Assembly (NCBI GenBank): GCA_002633005.1
Contig: NMRA01000177.1
Span: 325,942 to 389,941 of the forward strand
DNA length: 64,000 bases
From: Phoronis australis
Taxonomy: Eukaryota; Animalia; Phoronida
Direction of reading: 5' to 3'
The notes below the pieces were generated by a model. That model ran no database searches and was not told the origin of the DNA. It saw only the letters and a program-made list of their open reading frames with translations. The translations under genes and the position numbers were made by a program. Positions 40,501 to 51,417 of this stretch are shown here, in pieces; positions within the stretch are counted from its first letter, which is position 1, and each line of letters starts with the position of its first letter.

Positions 40501-43500
40501 TTCTACCAGGTAGGTTGTCATTACTGCCACCCTGTAATGAGTATGCATAGGTGTCGGGTGCGATCTTATTGGTTAATGGTTGTTACCTGATCTATGAGTG
40601 ACGGTGCTCAACTCCAGTAAGTTACCTTGAGATTGGACCACAATGTCGCTCCACTCCAACAAGTGAGCTCCAAGATGAGAATCATCTACTGTTCTGTTAC
40701 TGTTTGCAACACGGCTTGCAGCTTTGTTTTCACATCAGTTTTTTAATGTTCAAATTAAAAATCGGACTTGTCATGCCAGCATGTCTTTGGAAATGTACCA
40801 GCTTTTAGTTAGGGAGTAATGAACTTTTCATTCCTGCTGTGTCCCTACATTATCGCGGTTATTTTGAAATTCTTCAGTTATGTTCCACGATACAGTGTTG
40901 ATGGTCGCATGTCACTTTAGTTCCATGTTCTATAGGGGTGCCTGAACGTCTGGCGAGCTTGTTTTGCTTTTGGGCTAGTGATGCCCTATCAGTCTCCTTC
41001 ATTTAAAGATAACAGTTATTTTCGGGGATGAAGCGTGTCATACTCATTGATAAAATTGACGAAAACATACCCCAGTGTCAAGATGGTGATAAGATATTGT
41101 AGAGGCTGTGAAATTTATCTTCACAGTTGGCCAGGTCTCTGCCAACAGGTGGTGTTGATATGTGCTTTATATTTGTGCATAGAATAGGTGAACAGTGGTT
41201 CTAAATTGTTGGTCCTTTGGCTGATTAATGCAGTCACGATGTTGTTGAATAAAACATGAGAAACGGGCATTTCCATGTGCACCCTTTTGAAAAAACCCTC
41301 TAGTTTACTTCAGGTAAATGTCTGATTGTCTACAGCAAGTTAAAAATGACAAATTTTGTCGAAATTCATCCGGCTTTGTCAAAACTATGATGAAATCCCA
41401 GGCGAATACAATGTTAAGTTATTTGAGAATTTTTGCTGCAAATATAGTATGTGGGTAGCGCTCTGTAGAGTGGTGCATACCATACCAGATTTGGTCTGAT
41501 GTTCATTCTATGTTTTGTGTAGGTACAGAAGTGTATTGTGATGAAGTAGATGATACTGAAGAGGATATTGAAGATGAAAATGAGCCTCACAAAGAAGAAG
41601 GGAAGGTCCTCGAGGAAAATGATGAAAGTCTCCAGGAAGGAGACGCCGTTGGGAAGGAAAGGGACTGTAGTCTTGAGATTGGTGAGAACGATGACTGTGG
41701 TGACAATGTGGATGGCAGTGGTGGCAGCGATGAGAAAGATGACGACTATACCGGCGTTCATAGCGAGGACGAAGCCGATTTGTTTCCTGACGACCACCAT
41801 CACCATGGCGATGAGGAGGATGAGGACGCGACTGACTCGCCGTGTAGTCCTGAGCCCACGTCGCCCGTAGCACGGTCACCGTCGATCTCCACGATCAAGC
41901 CGGAAGAGAGGAAACAGTTAGTGGGTAAGGGATAAAGATATCTGGCAAGTTGCCAGTAAAACGCGGATTTCAGAGCCTCTTTTTGAATACTGTAATATAC
42001 TTCATGTTGTGTTTTTCTGTCTAAGATATCAGTGCGCGTGATTGCCATGTTGAAATCAAATAACTTGTCAACAAGTTCATGCAATTTTTTATCAAATGAC
42101 TTCTTTTAATTGAATATTTGGCTTCATTTTCATTTTTTTATCAATGTGAATAAAACGAACCTATAGAATAAACGGTCTTGAACCATTTCGTATCGAAAGT
42201 AAACTTGTGTTGTTTGATCAAAGGTAGAGGTTGTGAGGTACTCATTTCATCATTCGGATGTTGTGCAAGAACCCATTAGTGGTGCAATATTCGAAACATC
42301 CTCTCTTGTTTTGGGAAAACACTTTGTGCTATGAGAATCTGGACCACCATGCATCATTTCACTTTAGTGTCAAAGTGTCATTACTTGTTTATTTAATATT
42401 GCACATTTTAGGCATGCAGGTTTTGAGACATCCAGAAACAAGATTCAGTCATTGCGCAAGTTCTCATGTTAGTGATGTTGCGTCTGCTTCTTGGAGACTT
42501 CAGCTTTGCTATTAATGTTTGGCCACCACCATTTTTCTTTCCTGGGAAATAAGTTTTGCTAATTATATAATCAACACCTTGTCCCCCTATTGACTAGAAT
42601 ATTTATATAATTATCATTAATTTTGTTGCTATTCCAGAGGCCCAAGTACAGAAGCTTCAGAATATTAGTGAAGACATACAGCGACTGAGGCTGAGTGCCG
42701 AAGAGGTTCGTTATCTAACTTGGGTCAGGCTTAAATTAAAGTTCTATTGTGCGCTACTTCGGCGGGTAAAAAACGGTCAACTTCAAAGTAAGACGAAATA
42801 AGAGTGGAGGGTTTATTTAGCTCAAATTCTACAAAACATCACCTATGAGCTTCATCTCAACCACTGTATAACTATTGAAAAGAAATAGTGTTAATTTATT
42901 CCTTACTTCACGACTGGATTTTTGTGACGTGCCGCAAAACTAATCAAAACATTTGACCGTCCCCATGTGTGAAACAGAATGCCCAAGGTAATATTAATAT
43001 TTCCAAAGCAGTGCTCATTATAGCTTTAGGGTAGTTCAATAACCCAGCTCCTTGTTTCTCGACAGTGTTTGTTCTCTGAGCTTAGCTAATGTTGTGTCAA
43101 ATTATCAAATTCAAGTTTGCTGACTATCACGGTTGTGTGACCTCAGCTTTGATGTGGTTTAAACAAATTAACAAATTAGATATGTACTCATTTATACCGA
43201 ACGCCCTTTATCCACCGAGGGATTGGTCCATTTGATCGTAAGTCAACCGAGTTTGAATATTTTACGGTAGTTACAGGTTGGCTTGTGTCATGCGCACACA
43301 AATGTTGAACTTAGATTGTACGAGTATGACAAGGTGAGGTTATGTGAGAAGTTATCGACCAGTCCCAGTATTTAATCAAATATCAACAATACTATAAATC
43401 TTAACTCGGTAAAAGTATAAAGTTCCTGAAAGTAGAAAGTAATATGTAGAATTTGATTTTTACCAATCTCATTAATTGGGCCGCGTGACCAGGTTCTCAG

Positions 43501-46500
43501 TGAAATTTATTAAAAAATAAAGGTACGTTTCACAGAAAAGTCATGGTAACAATAACACAACCAATTCTTATTTTATACTATTTCAAAAATGCTGTAATTT
43601 TGTAGTTTTCTAAATTGTCATTTTGTTTTCATATTCTGCAACTTTTTTACTTTTCAGAAAAAAAATAAAAGTCCTTTTTTTTCACAGCTTTGAAGAAAAA
43701 GTGGGATTTTGTGAAAAAATGCTTAGCGTGTTTCGGAGAATGGTGCAAATAGCATAGTTTTGAAAACTTGCATGTGAATCCTATCGGCCGTTTCTGAGAT
43801 ATGTTCCAAAGTTAGTCAAATTTGAACATTTCTCTAGGGTCCTACATAACCTTGTCTTGTAGGGTCGAGGATGCAATGGTCTGCAAATCAATAGCAGTAC
43901 CAGTAGTTCTAATTCAATGTCAGTTGCCATTGTAAGAATCTGAATGTTGCCAGTGAGATGGCATATAATAGGTATATCTGCCCTACAGACTTCCAGGTTT
44001 GTAGCTAATAAGGTTCTATAGAGAATAGGGGCGTTGATGGTTTTGACTCCTGGAAATGTGGAGAAGTATTTTTATCCTACTTTTGTCACGTGAGAACATT
44101 ACAGGATGTAAGATTTCATGACTCATTGGGATTTCCAAAAATGTACACAAAGGGCAAAGGGCTTCATTTCAGTGTTCTGCAGTTATCCATCAAGGGCCCG
44201 ACTTGCTTGCGTTGATTTGTATGTTTTGATATTGATATGAATGAAATACTGACTTCTGGTGATGATTGTTGCAGGTTGAAAGGAGGGAAAGATTAGCAAG
44301 GTTCAGTACATCCTGTCCTACTCTAGATAGGTCGTCACCCCCTCTGGTGGAGGATTCTAAAGCAGGTAATTGACAGACTTGTGTGTATGCTGCATTGTTG
44401 TTCAGGTCTGACACTAGGGAGCAGCACTTTCCAGTTGATGTTTGATGGGCTGGCTTTGCCTGGTGCAAATTTTTGTTCTAAAGGAGCTGGTTACTTACCT
44501 GAAACTGCAAAGTGATATGGTAACCTGAAAGAACTGGTATATTTTGTGTAGTAGTATTAGTAGTATTAGTAGTAGTAGTAGTAGTAGTATTGAATTTAAG
44601 AAACATATCTTTGAACACTGTTGATCAACTGATAACCCAGTTTTTCTTGCCTGATTTTGGTAGTATTTGATAATCTACAGCAATCGAGATTTGTATTTTA
44701 ACAAAATTTAATTTCAATGGTTGTGCGTGATCTCTAGTTTCATTGATCACAACAGATTTATGTTATTCCCTGGCCCTGTCAATTCTTCCCCCCCCCCCCN
44801 GTTTGCGGATATGAAAAACACCAGCTTCATATTAAGGCGTCTGAGTAGTTCCCTGTCACAGGTTGTGAAAAACTCTTCACCCCTTCGTAACATCAAAAAG
44901 ATTCCAGCTGTTGTGCCATCTGACTCGGTTAACCGACCGTTGCTTCATCTTCCTCGAAATTTCCTAAATCTTCTGCATATTTTTGTCATTGTTTTCTCAC
45001 AAATGTTTTGGTCTTACTTCACAATTACTGAATAATGAGTCAGCCAGGTTATTATCTCGTCACGGCCTAAGAATAATTTGCTCAAATTATCTCAATAACG
45101 AGCCAATATGGTATATTCTCCTAGACTTTGTTGACTTAAGTTCTTAGGTAACTTTTCATAAAGTGGACTCGAGGTCTGCTGGTGTGTTAAATTAATCAGT
45201 GTTTGCTAGTGAGGGAGCTGAAATGTCACTGTTAACAGGTCTTTTTAGCACTGCCTTAGCACAAATTACCCGCCAGTGGTTGGCTTGGGATTTCACTGCC
45301 AGACATAGTTGTGGCATGCTCATTGAGAGATGCATGATCGAGGAGCTTCAGTCAAAACAATATCTTAATGTTAGTTTTCAGGGATGCTTGAGTGTCGGGG
45401 AAAGTATTCTTTTTTCATGAACTGTTCAGTACTTGTCACTGTACGATTCATTAAGGTTATTTGAACCCTGAAAAAATGTACAAATTTGGCTTAACGTCCA
45501 AACATATCTCAGGATCGGGTGATCAGAATCTTGTGGAACTCGCTGATACTTTGCATTATGCATTGTCTTCCAAAACGCTGATAGGTATTGGTTTCAAAAT
45601 GTTCCACTTGTGCATGAGGAGAAAAAGATTTTTCGTAAAAAATCAATAGTTGCATCAAATGAAAAAACAAAATAATTTAGAAATTTCTCGCAGCCTTTTT
45701 GAGATTGAAATCTGAGTGTACCTTTCTTTTTTGTTAGTTGTTACTAAAAGCTTTGTCACGTGACCCAATTACTGCGAGATTGGTATAAAGTTAATAATCT
45801 AATTCTATAAGCTTTCTACTTTCAGAAAATATGTACTTTCACTGAGTTAAAATGTAATATACTTTTGTAGAATCCAGTTTTTTTTTTAGATATTTGGCTA
45901 AATCCAGGCACCTGTTGATAAGGTCCTACATAACCTTAGTATTGTTAAGTCACACCTGTGACTATATATGTATCTGGCATGCATACAACAGATGATATTG
46001 TAGTGATCATTATTAGTGGGAAAACGAATGTGGAAGAATCATTAGTAAAATACACCGATTGGTTTTTGTAGTGTAAACTGACATGGGATGAAGTGACATA
46101 CTGTGATAGAAATAAAGTCATTTTATACAGAGCATGCGCAACACGCTATGAATTCCAGTTTTCAGTTTTTGTAGGACCTTACGTACAAGTCTGTCTATTT
46201 AGCCAAATATCTGCATAACTATAGATTTTAGTGCTGTACAAGTATATATTTTCTGAAAGTAGAAACTTGTAGGATTTGATTTTTGAGTTTTTACCAAGCT
46301 GCTATAAATTTGGTCACTGTATCATGTCAGTTAAGTAAAATTTACTGGAAAAAAGAAAAGTACATTGGTTGCAAAACAATGATATTAATAATACGACCAA
46401 ACTTCATTTGATGTAAATGTTCAAGATGAAATCTCAAAACCACTAGTAATTAGTTTTCTGAATTGTTTCTTTTCACGCGAATTTGTTTTTTATGAAAATC

Positions 46501-49500
46501 GTAAAAGTCCTATTTTAAAAACAATTTCCTAACAGCATTTTGGAGAATAACGCATAAAGAATAGTAGCTGAAAGTTTCATTTGAATATCATCACCCATTT
46601 CTGTGATATGATGTATCAAAGTTAGCCAAATTTTGCGGTTTTTCTAAGGTCCAACAGAACCTTACTTATTATCGCTTGTAATTTTCGTGTCTGTGACTGA
46701 TGCTGCTCAATAATGAAGACTAATATATACGATATGGCATCAGTATTTTGTTATTGCCAACATTTCTAGGAATAAAGCATGAAACTGAATACGACTACGT
46801 ACGAAAGTTAAGTCTCATGTGTTTCCATGTCCACTTTATTCCCCTTTCTTGGTGAGACCTCCAAACAAAGCGACGGTGGTTTTAGCTGATGTCATTGGAC
46901 ATCCCAATGTTTACACAAAGGGGTTTTACACTTTCCAAGATGTACTTTCTTTGAGGTATTTTCGATAGTAAAACCAATACTTTTGCTATCGGTGTTTTGG
47001 CAGTACTTTTTAAATTATTACCAATAGGTACTGATACTTGAATACCAATACTTAAGTACCAGTCTGCATCCCAGCTGTAACAGATGTGAAGGTTATCCTA
47101 TTCTTGTTTCACAAATTTAAACTACTGTTCTGCAGGACTATCGTTCTTTAACATTTGATTGTTGAGAGTTAGAAGTCATTCCCTCTCTATAATGGCTTCT
47201 TGTATTCGCGTTTTTTCGTGCAACCTGCAGGTAATTTTCACAGGTATTTAGCCTGTTTGCACCTGACGAACGAGTTAATCTTCGCTGGTATTCAAGAATG
47301 TGTTATTACAATTAGGAAAAAATTCGGTCAGTTACGGTTGTTTTCTCTTCAGGCAAATTGATCATATTTTTTCTGGTGTGCTGTTAATTTCATATCTCAT
47401 TGCAAAACTTTTGTCACGTTGCACTCAAAGTTATATTGAGCACCACACAGTCAAGTCAAACGTGGGTGACTTAAAAGTGAGAAAACAAGACAAGAATGAC
47501 ATTGTGGTTTATTAAGCCTAAAGAACACCAATGTGTTTCACGTTTATGTTGCCTTATTTCACAATTCCGTTTCTTTAAGGATTGTAAAATTACACTGAAA
47601 TGTTTGGCACTCATCATTGGTTGAAGTGAGATGTCCCAAGGTAATTGTCATGTTACATTGAAATGTTTGGCAGCCACCATTTTTTGAAGGGAGATGTCCC
47701 AAGGTAATTGTTACCTGAGCAGCACTGGATGTAGATTTAGAGTTGGCATGAAATGAATTGCTATTGTAATAAAATAATTGGCTGTTTGGCCATCAGTGTT
47801 TTAATGCAGTATCTTCTTAAAAATGTTTGCCTGAATACATTAAACAGGAAATCTAACCTTTCTTGTTGGGTGTTTGAAACAGAAGGTGGATGTTGATGAA
47901 TGAAACTGATGTTAATAAGTGTGTGATTTAATGATTTCTTATGATACGTTGGTTAGTCTTCTGCATTGAAAAGGTGTCTATTTTACAATTAAAGCTAAAT
48001 ACATTGGTAATTAGGTAGAGAAGGAACCGGCAACTTCAAACTAGGTAAATGCAACTTTGCATTGGCAAATGTAATGGCAGACCCAAGTCAATGAACTTTA
48101 TAAAGAAGTCTTGAAAAATTATGAATGCAAACATTAACTTCTAAAAAGACGAAGATTCTATACGAAAGAGATGTTTTTTTTAAAATGAGATTTTTAAAGG
48201 TGGAGGTTTTTAAAAAATGGAGGTTTTTGAAGACGGAGGTTTTGAAAGATGGAGACTTTTAAAGATGGAGGCTTTTAAAGATGGAGACTTTTAAAATGGT
48301 GTGTGTAGCTTTAATCAAGTGTGTGTAAGCTACAAGAATTTATGGTTTCTTTTTTCTCTGTATTTTCCTGAAATAGATCAGTAATCCATGTTTCAGAGAA
48401 TTGGTTTTAGGAATAACCTCATACTGCTGAGATCAGCTCCTGTGAATGCAGAAATTAACAGCAGTGTTGGATAAATTTGCACACTAACCCAAATTCCTGA
48501 GCATCCAAATAAACAAGTAGTCCACTGATGTCATGGCTACTCTGGTAAAGCCATCTAGGCTGTGACTAGGGCATACTTTCTCCCTGTCTTGACGCACAAG
48601 AGTGAATCTCAACATGCCTAGCATTATCCCTACAGCCTGGCACTGAATGGACTAAAAACAAACAGTAATGCTTTAATCCTAGATTGATCCGATCCATTGC
48701 GGAATCCAATCGACAGAAAACCGTGTCAAGTTGTTTGCCATTGATCTGCGAATTCCTTTGAGAGCTGAGCTTCTCAGCAGTGTTCCCTTGATAGGCTGCT
48801 ATTACACTGATTAAGGTTATTTAGGACATGAAAGATTTCCATATTTGGCCAACTTTGGAACATCACATATCAGAATGGCTGGTTGGATTCACATGAAACT
48901 CTCACATAATATGAATTATGCACTGTTCTCTAAAAGGCTTTTAGGAATTGTTTAAAAATATTCCATTTCTGCGTAAGAGGCCATCTAAGTATGGGATTTG
49001 TACAATTTTTGTGAAAAACTTAGAAGTTGAATAAAATGAAAACGAAACATTGATTTAGAAACTCCAGCAGGATTTTTGAGATTCCATATTGAATATTTGT
49101 GTCAAATGGAATTTGGTTATGTAATTGATACCGTGGTTTTGATATGATTATCTTTCTTTTTTGCGAATTTTACTAAAACAGAGATGTGAGCCAATTAATA
49201 GCAGATTGTTAGCAAAAATCAAATTCTGCTTTTTACTTTCAAAAAAATATATTTGCTTCATTAAAATGTATAGCTTTGTGTATATTTGGCTATGTTCACA
49301 GCCTTGGCGCTAAGGTCGTACACAAGCAGAGTCTGTCTGTTTCGTTCTGAAAGTCCCAGCTTTTTAACATGCGTGTAAATTCAGCAGTTATGGCTGTGTT
49401 TAAAATCTCCAATGGAATTCATGGAGAGACATTTTTCATTGTGCAGCTGATGTGAACAATGGTATTCTAATTTGTCTTGTGAATAAATTTTGGTGACTGG

Positions 49501-51417
49501 CCAAGTGAAATTAACCCATTTCAACATATGACACTCCAAGTATGTGTGCCTGAATTCGATTCCGAATCCACCATGGTAATTGGTTTGAAACAAAAACCAT
49601 GTACGCTATCAGTAGGTTGTGTTTGTTTTTGCCCAGATTCGTAATTCCTCAATGTTTCCTTGCGCTATGCTATTACAGCCAGAGTGCTTGATCCAGTGTT
49701 ATCAGTGCTGTGTGGGATCTGATATCATACTCTTTAGAGCCAGTTAGCTCATGCTGGGGGTTTTCTGCTGTGTGCTAAAAAACCATGTTGTTACAGGAGG
49801 GAAGCGTGTGAGCTTAACACTGTGTGTGCATGTGTGTGTCACAAACCAGGAAGTTGGCTATTGAGTTAGCATAAAGTGAAACAGTCATCAACGTTCATGA
49901 TTGTGTGAGCTGTGGTTTCTTATTGCACTATGTTGGTTTGTTGGACGATTCTATATCTTGATGACTTCAGTGCGTCTGAGCGAGTCAGAAAACGCCCCGA
50001 GTTGTGTCAAGACATTTGGACTACCTGTTGGATGACTGTGAATGGAGACTTCTTGAGTGTGTTGTGAATTGTCTTTGAGAACTTTGTGAGTTATGTTGTG
50101 GAATCTTGGACTGCCAGTTGGTCTAGTCTGAATTGAGAAGGTCAGTGGGTTTCCGCTGAGTTGTGTGTAGAATAATAGACAACCTGTGGGATTTCTGGGA
50201 CTAAGAGGTTTACATGTTGTTACCATGAGTTTGCAGGTCAAGTTTGGTTATGGATATTTTTAAAGGTTAGTTCACCTGGTAGCAATGTTCTCTGCTTTGT
50301 GCAGAGCTGTGTATGAGCGTTTTGCTGGCTTCTTCAATAATGTGTCCTTACTGGGTCTTATTTCCTCTGCATTCTTCTCCATTATTGGCCGTATTCTGCC
50401 AACAAAGTTTACCTTTTGAACAGTATGGCGCCATGATTCTGACTGCAATCTGTTGCTAGTGTAGCCCAGGTTGGAGATTGAGCACTGTATGAATGGGCAA
50501 GTTGAAACTCACCAGGCAGCGCTAGTGTAGAAAGAGTTTGACACAAACAAGTGCGTGCGTTTAGGTAATCGCGTGGACCCTTGTCACACGAAGCCCCCAT
50601 GCTGTGCATCGAGTGGGCCATTGTCTCTCCTCCCGTTTCTTGGTGACAAGATTCTTATTCAAGTTTTTTGTTGAAATGATGGACATGAACACAAAAAAAT
50701 TGGTTGGTTGGCCACTGCTGCACAGTAACCCAAAGGGGGGGGACGTAGTATTCAGAACCATTCGTACATCACAATGAATTAATGACACTATATCTCTAGA
50801 AAGAAACTTGATTGTTCGTACTTTGTACCAAGGTATAGTTGGGGCATCTCCTTGACCTTGACATCGTTTTCAAGGTCACACCTAGAAATTTAATGACTGA
50901 CTTAGAAAATGTGACAGAAAGCAATAAAGCTACATTTTGTTCTAGCACCTTTATTGGCACGCCCTAGTTGCTATGGTTACAGCTGACTGACATGTGTTTC
51001 TGCTGTTACAGAGTTCTTCAAGTCCATGATGCACATCCCGGTGCCGGAGGATTGTGAAAACGAAGAGGACGAGATCGAAGAAGAGGGTGACCTCGACGAC
51101 GATGATGATGTGAGCGACTCACTCGACACGGATTACACCCCAGAGCCTGACTACACCCCGGAGATGAACTTTACGGAGCGTAGGTCGCACAAGCGCAAAA
51201 TAGCCATCCAAATTAACGACGTGACTTTGGACTCGAGCAGTGACACGGGCAGGGGCTCCGATGGAGCCGAGGTCGTCAGCAACCTGAAGATGGGATTGCG
51301 GAAGCGCGAACGGGACGACCTCTTTGACGACATTCGTCGCCGTAGCTGGCACACAAACTCCACGCCGGGCAGCGGCTCTAGTCATATGACTGGTCGCCTT
51401 GCAGTGACCGGGAAGTG
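28283..51417 (+). CDS. AKAP13/ARHGEF28: Multi-exon partial CDS of an Lbc-family Rho guanine nucleotide exchange factor (AKAP13/ARHGEF28-like); exons 28283-28585, 30703-30886, 35882-36021, 40381-40509, 41523-41924, 42638-42705, 44275-44365, 51012-51417
   Basis: All 8 exons have yAG acceptors and GT donors, with phases chaining without a stop (1,1,2,1,1,1,0,1,2). The spliced peptide LDDRLTASFESYDIPDTWNLYG...PRETVLHFAARLGLTKLASFLLDRPGG resembles, from memory, the AKAP13/ARHGEF28 N-terminus (LDKKLVLAF...EWNVLG...PRETLMHFAVRLGLLRLTWFLLQKPGG). DH/PH domains are not seen in the window. Confidence 0.88.
30703..30886 (+). CDS. AKAP13/ARHGEF28: Coding exon, ankyrin-like repeats (N)PEPRETVLHFAARLG...LAELLS
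   Basis: Acceptor gttttcag|AT, donor GA|gtgagt; TVLHFAA and NRRGELPKDIA are ankyrin-type motifs; phase 1 in and 2 out. Confidence 0.93.
31497..31619. repeat. 9-bp-unit C-rich minisatellite (CCCTGCATT/CCCTGCCAC)
   Basis: Explains the PCHPCI translation in ORF 31423; flanked by weak inverted AT-rich arms (~31305 and ~31730), so it may be the centre of a MITE. Confidence 0.85.
35882..36021 (+). CDS. AKAP13/ARHGEF28: Coding exon (E)YNRHSVMTGLQTGSTKVRTKTAVIRHFRDGTDSITTEIKDNNNCTI
   Basis: Not in the ORF track. Acceptor ttcccttctag|G, donor ATA G|gtaggt; GC-richer than flanks; phases 2/1 fit both neighbours. Confidence 0.85.
36437..36933 (+). mobile_element. TTAA-MITE family copy (Kolobok-like)
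   Basis: tattcagccacatg...ttttaactcggtaaa...gaaagtaaaaa...gaatttgatt...gaaagtttcacatga...ggtcctgcataa. Confidence 0.7.
37137..37370 (+). mobile_element. TTAA-MITE family copy (deleted)
   Basis: Starts with the TIR aaggttatgtgggacc then cattcagccaac; internal deletion; 3' end approximate. Confidence 0.55.
38496..38911 (+). mobile_element. TTAA-MITE family copy
   Basis: ttaaaggttac ... aaatttggacatttctctagggtcc...aaccttaa. Confidence 0.68.
40381..40509 (+). CDS. AKAP13/ARHGEF28: Coding exon (E)EDIAMLKDFTQDADTEVVLDNEEMGRTKGHQSVTWLDQVILP
   Basis: Long pyrimidine tract ending ccttctgcag|AG, donor CCA G|gtaggt; phase 1/1. Confidence 0.87.
41523..41924 (+). CDS. AKAP13/ARHGEF28: Coding exon, highly acidic low-complexity region (GTEVYCDEVDDTEED...KPEERKQLV)
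   Basis: Acceptor ttttgtgtag|GT, donor GTG G|gtaagg; ORF 41510-41935; phase 1/1. Confidence 0.88.
42638..42705 (+). CDS. AKAP13/ARHGEF28: Short coding exon (E)AQVQKLQNISEDIQRLRLSAEE
   Basis: Acceptor ctattccag|AG, donor GAG|gttcgt; phase 1 in and 0 out; coiled-coil-like peptide. Confidence 0.78.
43337..43853 (+). mobile_element. TTAA-MITE family copy
   Basis: aggttatgtg ... gaaagtagaaag ... tttctctagggtcctacataacctt. Confidence 0.75.
44275..44365 (+). CDS. AKAP13/ARHGEF28: Coding exon VERRERLARFSTSCPTLDRSSPPLVEDSKA
   Basis: Acceptor ttgttgcag|GTT, donor GCA G|gtaatt; phase 0 in and 1 out, bridging the 42705 and 51012 junctions exactly. Confidence 0.8.
44550..44590. repeat. (AGT)n/(ATT) microsatellite
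   Basis: Direct reading. Confidence 0.9.
45451..45939 (-). mobile_element. TTAA-MITE family copy
   Basis: ttaaggttatttgaaccc ... tttctactttcagaaaat ... aaggtcctacataaccttag. Confidence 0.78.
46166..46664 (+). mobile_element. TTAA-MITE family copy
   Basis: tgtaggacctta ... tatttagccaaatatc ... ttctgaaagtagaaa ... aaggtccaacagaacctta. Confidence 0.75.
47591..47711. repeat. Two diverged tandem copies of a ~60-bp unit
   Basis: tgaaatgtttggca...gagatgtcccaaggtaattgt occurs twice. Confidence 0.85.
48170..48299. repeat. ~16-bp minisatellite (ttttaaagatggagRc), ~7-8 copies
   Basis: Direct reading; degenerates toward the left. Confidence 0.88.
48811..49326 (-). mobile_element. TTAA-MITE family copy
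   Basis: ttaaggttatttaggac ... aaaatcaaattct ... tatttggcta ... aaggtcgtaca. Confidence 0.72.
50250..50265 (+). CDS. Candidate coding end of an alternative first exon, MDIFK
   Basis: gttATGG...AAAG|gttagt phase-1 donor, 746 bp upstream of the 51012 acceptor; splicing gives MDIFKEFFKSMMHIP. Confidence 0.45.
50724..50970 (+). mobile_element. Old Helentron/DINE-like remnant
   Basis: tatctc...tgaccttgac...ttcaaggtca core hairpin and a ...ctagtt end; degraded. Confidence 0.4.
51012..51417 (+). CDS. AKAP13/ARHGEF28: Coding exon (E)FFKSMMHIPVPEDCENEEDE...DDIRRRSWHTNSTPG...VTGK
   Basis: Acceptor ctgttacag|AG, donor TG|gtgagt; CpG/GC-rich coding composition; ORF 51026-51421; phase 1 in and 2 out. 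Confidence 0.9.

Noticed and set aside
41414-42084. Overlapping antisense and alternative-frame ORFs over the acidic exon (similar ones at 51119-51385)
   Set aside because: Shadow ORFs caused by GAN-codon bias of the real exon.
44786-44800. Poly-C run ending in n
   Set aside because: Sequencing or assembly break at a homopolymer; no duplication seen around it.
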